From an uncultured Desulfobacter sp. (GTDB taxonomy: Bacteria > Desulfobacterota > Desulfobacteria > Desulfobacterales > Desulfobacteraceae), in NCBI GenBank assembly GCA_963665095.1, contig OY762069.1, positions 3,392,001 through 3,456,000 of the forward strand: a stretch of 64,000 nt of DNA, read 5' to 3'. Under the pieces are notes generated by a model. That model was not told the DNA's origin, did no database searches, and saw nothing but the letters and a program-made list of their open reading frames with translations. Each line of letters begins with the position of its first letter. Position 1 is the stretch's first letter. The position numbers and the translations under genes were made by a program. This document shows positions 48,559 to 58,215 of this stretch, piece by piece.

Positions 48559-48697
48559 AACAATACCCACCTTTTTTAAACTGTCAGTTGTCTGAATTCT
48601 GTGCTTGTTCTGTTCCGCCCAAACCAGTCGCAAGGCCCTAAAACGAACGGCAGACAGCCAATTTCTGAGATTTCAGGCTGCCTGCCAGCCAGTTGTG

Positions 48698-49537
48698 TTA
48701 TTCTGACTTTTCCTGAAACAGATGAACATCCTGCTGAGGGAAGGGGATGCTGATGCCGTTGGCATCAAAGGCCAGCTTGATGTTTTCCTGCAGGGCAAAA
48801 TAAACGCTCCAGTAATCAACTGTTTTTACCCAGGGACGAACCACAAAATTGACGCTGGAGTCGCCCAATTCCGAAACTGCCACAAGAGGGGCCGGATTTT
48901 CAAGCAGGCGTTTTTCCTCTGCCAGAACACTGTGAATCACCTCTTTGGCTTTTTTGATGTCATCACCGTAGCCAATGCCGATGACAAGATCCACCCGGCG
49001 GGTGGGGTTGGCCGTCACATTGGTAATCACGTTGGCGGTGATGCTGGCATTGGGTACAATGACCTTCTGATTGTCTACGGTGTTCAGCTCTGTGGTGAAC
49101 AGGGAGATGCTGACAACGTTGCCGGACACGCCGCCGATGTTCACATAGTCATGAACCCGGTAGGGGCGAAACAGGACCAGCATGACGCCAGAGGCAAAGT
49201 TGGACAGGGAGTCCTTCAATGCAAGACCAATGGCCAGGCCGGCAGCACCCACAACAGTCAGAAAGGAGGTGGTGTTGATGCCCAGCTGACCGGCTGCCGC
49301 GATAACCACCATGACCATGAGGGAGTAATACATAATACTGTCAAGAAACCGGACCAGGGTAATGTCCACCTTGTTTCTTTCCATCAGCTTGGCAATCAGG
49401 GAGGTGATCTTTCTTGCGACCCATTTACCAATAAACAGAATCAGCAGGGCTGCGATAATTTTTACCGAGTAGGTGGTCACCCAGTAAGTGACCATCTCCA
49501 CGTACTTATCGATGTTAAACTGATTTAACCACTCCAT
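48698..49537 (-). CDS. mscS: Small-conductance mechanosensitive channel
   Basis: GAAGLAIGLALKDSLSNFASG, RRVDL.IGI.Y and ISIPFPQ. Confidence 0.93.
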   Translation of the reverse strand: MEWLNQFNIDKYVEMVTYWVTTYSVKIIAALLILFIGKWVARKITSLIAKLMERNKVDITLVRFLDSIMYYSLMVMVVIAAAGQLGINTTSFLTVVGAAGLAIGLALKDSLSNFASGVMLVLFRPYRVHDYVNIGGVSGNVVSISLFTTELNTVDNQKVIVPNASITANVITNVTANPTRRVDLVIGIGYGDDIKKAKEVIHSVLAEEKRLLENPAPLVAVSELGDSSVNFVVRPWVKTVDYWSVYFALQENIKLAFDANGISIPFPQQDVHLFQEKSE

Positions 49538-50003
49538 GTTCTCTCCTTTTAAATTTTTTTAAATTTGTATCAAACTGCCGGGCATATACCAGGCCCGGCT
49601 TTGTTAAATTCATTGTTTCTGACACATCCCCGGGTCTTGAAACACCCAACACCGGAAAGCTGTACCGTCAATCGTCATCTGTTTCTGGGACCGGGGAACG
49701 GATACGTCAGGACTCAAGAGATTGTCCCTTTCCGGCTCCGGTCTTTTTACCGGTAAAGGCAAAACTATACGTATGAAAGAAAATTGTCAAATAAAACGGC
49801 AGGGTATGAAGCATATAACCGGTTTTAAAACATTCATTTTGAAATCAGATTCAAAGTTATGTATAGTTATCGGAAAATTTACGCACTCAATATACTATTT
49901 TTTACTTCAATTAACGCTCAGAAAAAATACGAAAATTAATTCGGGCATAGAGCTGTTTCTTAAAAGGAGTCATCTTTAAATCATATAAAATAAAGAGGGT
50001 AAT

Positions 50004-50765
50004 ATGGTCAAATCCCGCTGCAACATAATGGTTCTGGTCCTAACTGTTTTGTTTTTCAATGCGTTCTACTGTATGGCCCAGGATAAGGTTCTCAAGCTGG
50101 CAACAGATCCCTGGCCTCCCTACGCCTTTGGGAAAGAGGGAGGAAAACTGGAACATGGATATGCCCTTGAGATAGGCACAGCCCTGTGCGAACACCTTGG
50201 CTGCAGCCTGAAGGCAGATCTGTTTCCCTGGGAACGGGTGTTGATCTATATGAAAAACGGTGCATACGATATTACCTTTCCGATTCAAAGGAAGCCGGAA
50301 AGGGAGGCCTTTTTAATTTTTTCCGATGTGATCCTGGAAGACCGTGTTTTTGTGTGGCACCTCAAAGGGAGAAAAGACGCCCTCCCGGACTGGCAGACCA
50401 TCGAAGACCTGACACCTTTCACCATCGGTATCGTCTCCGGGTATACCTATCAGGCACAGATGGATGAAGCCATTGAAAAGAATATCATAAAAACAGATAA
50501 AGTCAGTTCGGCTGAATTTAACTTTAAAAAACTCTTAGGAAACCGGTTTGATGCCTTTCTTGAAAGCGAATCCGTTGTGATGAGTTATTTTCAGAAAAAC
50601 CCCGGATGGCGGGAGCAGATCACCCACGCCCGAAAAATCGTTTCCAAAGATGTTTTCAGAATCGGCATTTCAAAAAAATCAGAATATGCCCAAATGCTTG
50701 AGCAGATCAACAATGCTGTCCAGGCGATGAAAACCGACGGGACCATTGATCGAATTATGAATTGA
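50004..50765 (+). CDS. Periplasmic substrate-binding protein (family 3)
   Basis: Signal peptide; DPWPPY, PWERV, GIVSGYTY and DGTID.I. Confidence 0.85.
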   Translation: MVKSRCNIMVLVLTVLFFNAFYCMAQDKVLKLATDPWPPYAFGKEGGKLEHGYALEIGTALCEHLGCSLKADLFPWERVLIYMKNGAYDITFPIQRKPEREAFLIFSDVILEDRVFVWHLKGRKDALPDWQTIEDLTPFTIGIVSGYTYQAQMDEAIEKNIIKTDKVSSAEFNFKKLLGNRFDAFLESESVVMSYFQKNPGWREQITHARKIVSKDVFRIGISKKSEYAQMLEQINNAVQAMKTDGTIDRIMN

Positions 50766-50780
50766 TCGAATTATGACACG

Positions 50781-52154
50781 ATGAACCAAAACAAATATGG
50801 GGTGACTACGCAAAACGATATTATTAAAAATCTGAGAAAAGACTGGCTGTTCCAGGAATGTGCCGTTAATGCAATCCCGTTGCCACCGGTTGTATATTTT
50901 GTATGGATCTGCTTTCCCTTTGCGAAAGAGAATCTTTCCCAGTTTTTGGCTTTTGTTGTTTTCGCGGTAGCCGCGAATTTCTCCATCGGCTTTGTGGTCC
51001 GCAAACTTACCTCAGGCAAAATGGCTGCCATTGTAACAAAAGAAGAAACGCCCCGCCCTGAGGCACTCATCTCAGCCAAGGCCCAGGCATTCAGCTTCCC
51101 ATACATCAGCGGCCTGATGATCTTTTTGAGGTGGTCTATGATGGGATGGGGGTTTGTATTCCTGCCTTTGTACCTCCTGGGAAAACTGACCGGATCTGAA
51201 TTAATTTTAACAGGGATGCTGTTGTTTTTCATTGCACTGAGTGCCCTGCCCTTCAGTTTTCTGTGTTCCGAGCGTGCTGTGTCCACATTTTTCAGCATTC
51301 CTGAAATTGATGCCTGCACCATTCAGGGTGAAAGCATTTTCCAGCTCAGCATCACAGGAAAAATTTTATTGTTAAGCCTGTTTTCCATTGTTCCTCTGGC
51401 AGGCAACTTCTGTTCCGCTCTGGTCATTGCCCAGTCTGTGGAAACAGCAGCAGAGCATGTAAATGCCGTGGCAGCATCCACTGAACAGATGAGTATCACG
51501 GTAAATGAAATCGCGGATAATTCTGCCAAAGCCAGGGACATTACCCAGACCGCGGTGGAAAGCGTCAACGCCGCCAAGGAACAGGTGGATGAACTTGGGG
51601 TAAATGCCCATGAAATCGGCCAGGTAATCGAAGTGATTTCTGATATTTCTGAGCAGACCAACCTGCTGGCGTTAAACGCCACCATTGAAGCGGCCAGGGC
51701 CGGGGAAGCCGGTAAAGGATTTAACGTGGTGGCCAATGAGATCAAGGAACTGGCCAGACAGACATCCGATGCAACCGCGAAAATAAAACAGATGGTGACA
51801 GCCATTCAAAGCTCCAGTGCCGGCACCACGGAACAGATCAACAACATTTCCGGGGTCATAAAAGATGTGAATGATTTTGTGGCATCAATTGCCGCGGCAG
51901 TGGAAGAACAATCCAATGCCAATCGCGAGATTGCCTCCAAGGTGACCGAGGTCTCACAAAAAAACAACCATATCACCGAAAATGTTTCCCGGGTATCAGG
52001 TACTGCCGGCAACATCGTAAATGACATGGCCGAAGTAAACCAGTCCATTGCGGGGATTTCAGAAGACAGCAGGGAGATCAGCCAGTTTGGCAATGATCTG
52101 TCCACACTTTCTGCCGGCCTTCAGCAGATGGTGGCCCGATTCAACCTGGCCTGA
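50781..52154 (+). CDS. Methyl-accepting chemotaxis protein with multi-TM N-terminus
   Basis: [37 protein letters not shown] signalling hairpin. Confidence 0.92.
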   Translation: MNQNKYGVTTQNDIIKNLRKDWLFQECAVNAIPLPPVVYFVWICFPFAKENLSQFLAFVVFAVAANFSIGFVVRKLTSGKMAAIVTKEETPRPEALISAKAQAFSFPYISGLMIFLRWSMMGWGFVFLPLYLLGKLTGSELILTGMLLFFIALSALPFSFLCSERAVSTFFSIPEIDACTIQGESIFQLSITGKILLLSLFSIVPLAGNFCSALVIAQSVETAAEHVNAVAASTEQMSITVNEIADNSAKARDITQTAVESVNAAKEQVDELGVNAHEIGQVIEVISDISEQTNLLALNATIEAARAGEAGKGFNVVANEIKELARQTSDATAKIKQMVTAIQSSSAGTTEQINNISGVIKDVNDFVASIAAAVEEQSNANREIASKVTEVSQKNNHITENVSRVSGTAGNIVNDMAEVNQSIAGISEDSREISQFGNDLSTLSAGLQQMVARFNLA

Positions 52155-52257
52155 TAGTGCCTTGATTCCAAAGCATAAATGTGATTAAATCGGGACGCTA
52201 TGAAGCATGGGGCTTTCAAGCCGAACAGGGTAATGACTTTATGAACAAGGGTTTATT

Positions 52258-53376
52258 TTGCCGAAACTGACGCTGGAAACCAGGGACCGGATGCAGGTGC
52301 TGAAATTTTCAGGGAAGCTGGATGCCCTGGGCGTGGCTGACGTGTGGGACAAGGCAGTTAAATCGACAACAAAAGCGGGTCCTGGAAATGTTCAGTTTGA
52401 TCTTGAGTCCATTGAGTACATGGATATGGCCGGCGCCACTTTTATCTCCCGCCTGAAGGGCCTGGCACAGGAGAGCACCCCGGGGCTAACAGCAGACTGT
52501 CTAACAGGACTGAAAGAGGAGTTCCGGCCCCTTCTTGAGCTGGCCGAACAATCCAAATCAGCTACCCAATCCCAGCCACCCACTGCCTCCTATGTTGAGA
52601 AAACCGGGGAAAGCCTGGCCTTGGCCCTGGCTGATGCAAAGATGTTTATCTCCATGATCGGTGAAATCACCTGGGCACTTGTCTCCTGCATTAAAAATCC
52701 AGGGCGTATCCGCTGGGCCGACACCTGGATGGTGGCGGAACGTTCCGGTGTGAACGCGCTCCCCATTGTGGCTCTGATCTCTTTTATCGTGGGCCTGGTC
52801 ATGGCGTTTCAGGCTGCCATTCCCATGAGAATGTTCGGTGCTGAAATTTATGTGGCCAACCTTATCGGCATTGCCATGGTCAGAGAGCTTGGCCCCCTGA
52901 TGACGGCCATAGTTCTGGCCGGCCGGTCTGCCTCGGCCTTTGCCGCAGAGATCGGCACCATGAAAATCAATGAAGAGATTGATGCCCTCACCGTTATGGG
53001 GCTGGAGCCTGTTCGGTTTCTGATCATCCCCCGGGTCATTGCCGCCACCCTGCTTACCCCGCTTTTAACAGTGTTTTCCAATTTTGTGGGTATTCTCGGC
53101 GGTGCCGTTGTGATTCTCTCCTTTGGGTATCCGCCCATCACCTACTATAATCAGGTGGTGGGGTTCGTCACCTGGCAGGATCTGACCGGCGGTCTTGTCA
53201 AATGTTTTGTGTTTGGTCTGCTCATTGCCGCCACCGGATGCATCCGGGGCTATCAGACACTGAGGGGCCCGTCTGCCGTAGGGGATGCCACCACAAAAGC
53301 AGTGGTCTCCTCCATTATTTTAATTGCCGTTTTTGACGGTGTTTTCAGCGTGGTTTATTTCTACCTGGGCATATGA
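52258..53376 (+). CDS. mlaE: MlaE-family permease with N-terminal STAS domain
   Basis: YMDMAGA STAS motif; RELGPLMTAIVLAGRS.SAFAAEIGTMKINEEIDAL; TTG start. Confidence 0.9.
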   Translation: MPKLTLETRDRMQVLKFSGKLDALGVADVWDKAVKSTTKAGPGNVQFDLESIEYMDMAGATFISRLKGLAQESTPGLTADCLTGLKEEFRPLLELAEQSKSATQSQPPTASYVEKTGESLALALADAKMFISMIGEITWALVSCIKNPGRIRWADTWMVAERSGVNALPIVALISFIVGLVMAFQAAIPMRMFGAEIYVANLIGIAMVRELGPLMTAIVLAGRSASAFAAEIGTMKINEEIDALTVMGLEPVRFLIIPRVIAATLLTPLLTVFSNFVGILGGAVVILSFGYPPITYYNQVVGFVTWQDLTGGLVKCFVFGLLIAATGCIRGYQTLRGPSAVGDATTKAVVSSIILIAVFDGVFSVVYFYLGI

Positions 53377-54119
53377 ACGACACAGTTATCAAGGTCCGGC
53401 ACCTCTATGCCGGATATAACAACAACGCCATCATGGAAGATTTGAATTTTGATATTCAAAGCGGTGAGGTGTTTGTTATCCTTGGCGGATCCGGCTGCGG
53501 CAAGAGTACGGTGCTCAAGCATATGATCGGCCTGGTACCGCCGGTGTCCGGTGAAATCTTCATCCATGGCAAAGAGATGGTGACAGCCCGGGGAAAAGAC
53601 CGAAACCGGCTTTTACGTTCCATCGGGGTGGCCTTCCAGAACGGGGCGTTGTTTGGTTCCATGACCGTGCTGGAAAATGTCATGCTGCCGCTCATGGAAT
53701 TTACCGCTCTGCCCCGGGATGCCATTGAAGCTGTGGCCCGGGTAAAACTGAACCTGGTTGATATGGGGCACGCGCTTTATCTGCTTCCTGACGAGCTGAG
53801 CGGGGGCATGAAAAAAAGGGCGGCCATTGCCCGGGCCATGGCCCTGGACCCGTCTGTCCTCTTTCTGGACGAACCGTCTGCCGGACTTGACCCCTTAACC
53901 TCTGCAGAACTTGACCGGCTTATTCTGAAGCTGGCAGGATCCCTTAAAATCACCTTTATCATTGTGACCCATGAACTGGAAAGCATTCTCACCATTGCCG
54001 ACCGGGTCATTATGCTGGGCAAACAGGAAAAGGGGATCATCGCCCAGGGCGACCCCAGGGTGCTTAAAGAGGACACGACCAAACCCTATGTGCACCGATT
54101 TTTTAACCGAAACCCATAG
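53373..54119 (+). CDS. mlaF: MlaF-family ABC ATPase
   Basis: GGSGCGKST, LSGGMKKR and DEPSAGLDP. Confidence 0.92.
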   Translation: MNDTVIKVRHLYAGYNNNAIMEDLNFDIQSGEVFVILGGSGCGKSTVLKHMIGLVPPVSGEIFIHGKEMVTARGKDRNRLLRSIGVAFQNGALFGSMTVLENVMLPLMEFTALPRDAIEAVARVKLNLVDMGHALYLLPDELSGGMKKRAAIARAMALDPSVLFLDEPSAGLDPLTSAELDRLILKLAGSLKITFIIVTHELESILTIADRVIMLGKQEKGIIAQGDPRVLKEDTTKPYVHRFFNRNP

Positions 54120-54137
54120 AATCCGGAATGTGGACAC

Positions 54138-55205
54138 ATGACCCAGAATACAAATTACTTTAAACTCGGCCTTTTTATTATCCTGGCGTTTGGATTAACG
54201 GCTGCCATGCTTATAGCTTTTGGCGCCGGCCAGTTTCTAAAAACCGAAATTCTTGCCGAAACCTATTTCAACGAAACCGTTCAGGGGCTGGATGTCGGGG
54301 CAAGTGTCAAATACAAAGGGGTCAAAATCGGCACGGTTAAATCCATTACCACCCCCACAAAAACCTATGATGTGGCCTCCAATTATGTGCTGGTTACCTT
54401 TTCCCTGGCAGATGACTGTTATGTGGGACAAACCGGTGCTGACGCAGGTGATCGTATGCAAAAAGCAGTCAAGGAAGGGCTTTGTGTATTTTTATCCTTT
54501 AACGGGCTTACCGGATCCGCATACCTTGAAACCGATTACCAGAAAAATGGCCCCGATCCTCTGGAAATCCCCTGGACCCCGCAGAACCTGTATGTGCCGT
54601 CCCGGCCCAGCACCATTAAACGGGCATCAGATGCCATCAACGAAATCGTGGATACCTTCACCAGCCTGGATCTCCAGCAGGTGAAGCAGGATCTGACCGC
54701 CATTGTTAAAAGTCTTGATATTACAGATGTTTCCTTACAGGCGGAAAACCTGCTCAAGGAACTTCGCCAGACCAATGACTCACTGGCCCGGTTTCTTGCC
54801 TCGGATCGCATGAAGCAGATCGTTACCGATGCCGGGGACTCCATATCTGATTTGAAACAGATGGTTCACAATGCCAACCCTCCCATCAAAGAGGCCCTGG
54901 CCAATATAAAAACAGCCTCTGGCAGTTTTAAGCGCATGGCCACCGGCCTGGAAGCCGGATACGGGACAAAACTTTCCGAAATGTCTGAAAAAATGGATTC
55001 TGTACTGGCCAGCCTTGAAAAGACCTCTCAGCTTTTGGAAAATATGGTCTGGACAAACTCGGATACCATTGAAAAGATGGTCGATAATATTGAAAATACC
55101 GCTGAGAATTTAAATCAACTGACCCGGGAACTGCGCAAATATCCGGGCCGCATCCTCATGGAAGCACCGCCCGAGACCCAGTCTCTTGAATCCAGAAAGG
55201 AGTGA
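54138..55205 (+). CDS. mlaD: MlaD/MCE-domain protein
   Basis: TM; F.E.VQGL.VG..V.YKGV.IG.V and GLTG..YL; long helical tail. Confidence 0.9.
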   Translation: MTQNTNYFKLGLFIILAFGLTAAMLIAFGAGQFLKTEILAETYFNETVQGLDVGASVKYKGVKIGTVKSITTPTKTYDVASNYVLVTFSLADDCYVGQTGADAGDRMQKAVKEGLCVFLSFNGLTGSAYLETDYQKNGPDPLEIPWTPQNLYVPSRPSTIKRASDAINEIVDTFTSLDLQQVKQDLTAIVKSLDITDVSLQAENLLKELRQTNDSLARFLASDRMKQIVTDAGDSISDLKQMVHNANPPIKEALANIKTASGSFKRMATGLEAGYGTKLSEMSEKMDSVLASLEKTSQLLENMVWTNSDTIEKMVDNIENTAENLNQLTRELRKYPGRILMEAPPETQSLESRKE

Positions 55206-55215
55206 TAGAATCACC

Positions 55216-55866
55216 ATGAATGACTTCAATGTATATAGATTGACGGGAAACAGATTTGGCTGGACACTGCTGGCGGCTTTTGTGCTCACCTTTATCATTT
55301 CCGGGTGCGGCGGTATTAAAAACGACTACATTGAAAAAAAGATGTTCAGGCTCGCCCCCGGGCCCGGCACAACAGATTCCACATCAAGAGAACAGGGTAT
55401 TCCCCTGATGGTCAAGCGCCTGGATATATCTCCGGAGTTCAGTGATGATGAGTTTGTTTATCGCATTGATCAGGATCAGTATACCCAGGATTATTACAAT
55501 CAGTATATGACCTCTCCCGGACGGATGATCTCCGATTATGTCATGGAATTTCTGGCCGCCTCGGACCAGTTTGCACCGATTCCCAAATCCCATATCCCGG
55601 ACAATACCTGCCAGATCTGGGGAAAAGTCATTAACCTTTATTGTGACCGCCGGGACCCGGCAGCCCTTTCTACGGTCGTCACCCTTCGGCTGAACCTGGG
55701 CAGACAGACAGATGAGGGTTTTGAGCAGGTCTTCGGCCAGACATATACCCAGACCGTTCCCCTGACGGAGTTCAATCCCCAGGCTTATATTGACGGGATT
55801 GGCCAGGCCCTTACAAAAATTTTAAACAACTTTCTGTCAGAGGTCCGGGATATTCCCCTTGAATAA
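55216..55866 (+). CDS. ABC-transport auxiliary lipoprotein (PqiC-like)
   Basis: Lipobox ISGC; VYR..Y..DYYNQY...P pattern; last gene of the mla-type operon. Confidence 0.75.
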   Translation: MNDFNVYRLTGNRFGWTLLAAFVLTFIISGCGGIKNDYIEKKMFRLAPGPGTTDSTSREQGIPLMVKRLDISPEFSDDEFVYRIDQDQYTQDYYNQYMTSPGRMISDYVMEFLAASDQFAPIPKSHIPDNTCQIWGKVINLYCDRRDPAALSTVVTLRLNLGRQTDEGFEQVFGQTYTQTVPLTEFNPQAYIDGIGQALTKILNNFLSEVRDIPLE

Positions 55867-55946
55867 TCCCTGTAGCAAAACCAGCCGAATTAGAATTAAC
55901 GTGTCCGGAAATTTTGGACCATACTCCTTTATAAGGGTCAGCTTTC

Positions 55947-56711
55947 ATGAAATTTCGCCCCTGCATTGACCTGCGCAATGGAAAAGTCGTCCAGATTGTT
56001 GGCGGCACCCTGACAGACAGTGAACAGAACACCCCTGTAACCAATTTTGAAAGCATGACTGCACCGGCACAGTTTGCAGAGATGTACCGGGCAGACCAGA
56101 TTTTCGGCGGACATGTCATCGCCCTGGGACCCGGCAATACCGATGCGGCCCTGTCAGCCCTGAATGCCTTTCCCGGCGGGCTGCAGATGGGCGGCGGGGT
56201 GACGCCGGACAATGCAGCCAGATTCCTGGACGCAGGGGCCTCCCATGTCATTGTCACCTCCTTTGTATTTTCAAAGGGCCGCATGGACATGGGCAAACTT
56301 GAGACTCTGGTCCGGGCCGTGGGCAAGGAGAGGCTGGTACTGGATTTAAGCTGTCGCAGCCGGGACGGCCTGTTCTGGATTGTGACAGACCGGTGGCAGA
56401 ATTTCACTGAAGTGGCCGTTACCCCGGACACCCTGGAACAGCTGGCAGATTTCTGCGATGAGTTCCTGGTCCACGGGGTGGATGTGGAGGGCAAAATGCA
56501 GGGCATCCAGGAAGAGCTGGTGGTTCTTTTAGGGGACCACAGCCCCCTCCCGGTTACCTATGCCGGCGGTGCCGGCCGGTTTTCCGATCTGGACCGGGTG
56601 AACAGCCTTGGCAGAGGACGTGTGGATCTGACCATTGGATCGGCCCTGGATATCTTTGGCGGTGCCATTCCCTACCGGCAGGTGGTGGAATGGCACCGGA
56701 ATATAAATTAA
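55947..56711 (+). CDS. hisA: ProFAR isomerase, eukaryotic His6-type HisA
   Basis: FRPCIDL..GKV.QIVGGTL, GGHVI.LG, LVLDLSCR, EFLVHGVDVEG..G and VDLTIGSALDIFGG. Confidence 0.9.
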   Translation: MKFRPCIDLRNGKVVQIVGGTLTDSEQNTPVTNFESMTAPAQFAEMYRADQIFGGHVIALGPGNTDAALSALNAFPGGLQMGGGVTPDNAARFLDAGASHVIVTSFVFSKGRMDMGKLETLVRAVGKERLVLDLSCRSRDGLFWIVTDRWQNFTEVAVTPDTLEQLADFCDEFLVHGVDVEGKMQGIQEELVVLLGDHSPLPVTYAGGAGRFSDLDRVNSLGRGRVDLTIGSALDIFGGAIPYRQVVEWHRNIN

Positions 56712-57647
56712 CTATCTGACAAAACCTGTTATAGTTTCAACCAGCTCAGGCATTACCGGCAGATCCGGCTGATTATAGGTTGCAAGATTTTTCATTCTGT
56801 CGGACTCAGCTTTTTTAAAAATATGGTTCATTCCCCGGATAATTTTTAATTGGGCCGACGGGTTTGCTCTGGCAAGCATTCGGGCATCCTTTTCACTCAC
56901 CTGAATATCGCAGGAACCCTGGATAATAAGGACAGGAACCTTCAGACCTGCGATGATGCCGGCCGGATCATATTTAAACCAGGAGATAAGATATGGCTGC
57001 ACACTGGGCCGGAACAGGGAATACAGCATTGGATGAACATCATTGACTGTTTTCCCCTGCCTGAGTGCATCAATAATCGGCAATGCCATATTCAGGACTT
57101 CAGGTGGCTGTGATCCAAGCTGCGTCTCAATCATCTTATCCGCAGGCCAGCCAGGTCCGGCTATGGAGACAAACTTACCAATATCGCACGCCTGAGCAGC
57201 AGCCATTCCGATTAATGAGCCCTCACTATGCCCGATTATAATGATCTCGTTAAACCGCTTATCCCTCTTAAGGGATTGCGCCCAGGCAACAGCATCCGAG
57301 ACATAGTGCCCGAATCGTAAATCTTCTTCTTTTTGGCCGGCATCCCGGCTTTCCCCGATACCCCGCTTGTCATACCTCAATACCGCAATTTTATTTTTTG
57401 CCAACGCCTGTGCCAGCAACTTCAAGCAATCATTTTTCATTGCCGGGTTATTGCCGTCTCTGTCCGTTGGACCGGACCCCGCGATGAGCAGTGCCACCGG
57501 CACTGGTGTATCCGTGTTGGGAACGGTGAATAAGCCTTCCAAAGTACCGGTCTTTGTTTTAAGGGTAACAATGGTCTCTATGGGGTTGGCTGATACACCA
57601 CTTTCAACAGACAGCAAAAGCAATGCAGCCAAAAAATATTTTGCCAT
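56712..57647 (-). CDS. Secreted alpha/beta hydrolase
   Basis: Signal peptide; IAGSGPTDRDGN, RYDKRG, GHSEG, D.QV and MNH. Confidence 0.9.
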   Translation of the reverse strand: MAKYFLAALLLLSVESGVSANPIETIVTLKTKTGTLEGLFTVPNTDTPVPVALLIAGSGPTDRDGNNPAMKNDCLKLLAQALAKNKIAVLRYDKRGIGESRDAGQKEEDLRFGHYVSDAVAWAQSLKRDKRFNEIIIIGHSEGSLIGMAAAQACDIGKFVSIAGPGWPADKMIETQLGSQPPEVLNMALPIIDALRQGKTVNDVHPMLYSLFRPSVQPYLISWFKYDPAGIIAGLKVPVLIIQGSCDIQVSEKDARMLARANPSAQLKIIRGMNHIFKKAESDRMKNLATYNQPDLPVMPELVETITGFVR

Positions 57648-57735
57648 ACTCCTTCCCTTTCAGGTCTGATGTAAAACCTTTTTCAGGTCTGCCGTAAAAT
57701 TACCGGTTCGCTCTTAAAACCAGACAAAACCAGAC

Positions 57736-58182
57736 TCAAAGAAACGACTTAATCCTGCTTTCCAGAGCCTCTTTGGGCAGTGCCCCTGTGACCTGGTCAA
57801 CGACCTGCCCGTTTTTCACAAAAAGCATGGTGGGAATACTTTGGATGCGGTATCTTGACCCGATTCCAGTGTTTTCATCCACATTCACCTTGGCGATTTT
57901 AAGCTGGCCCCGGTAGGCCATTGCCAATTCATCCAGGACCGGAGCCACAGCCCGGCAGGGTCCGCACCAGGGCGCCCAGCAATCCACCAGCACGGGAACG
58001 GCAGACTGCATGACCTCCAGATCAAAGGTGGCATCGGTCACATTCACAGGCTTATCATGAACTTCAACTCTCAAAATCGTCCCGCATTTACCACATTTTG
58101 GCCCTTCAGAAATCCTGTTTTCCGGCACACGGTTTTTAGCCCCGCATCCTGTACACCGAATTATCAGCGAATTCGTACTCAT
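57736..58182 (-). CDS. trxC: Thioredoxin 2 with N-terminal zinc finger
   Basis: CTGC..NRV..CGKC and WAPWCGPC. Confidence 0.92.
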   Translation of the reverse strand: MSTNSLIIRCTGCGAKNRVPENRISEGPKCGKCGTILRVEVHDKPVNVTDATFDLEVMQSAVPVLVDCWAPWCGPCRAVAPVLDELAMAYRGQLKIAKVNVDENTGIGSRYRIQSIPTMLFVKNGQVVDQVTGALPKEALESRIKSFL

Positions 58183-58215
58183 AAATATTCTCCTCAATCA
58201 AAATGTTGTCTGCTC

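Noticed and set aside
48722..49528. 268-aa plus-strand ORF
   Set aside because: Antisense shadow of mscS.
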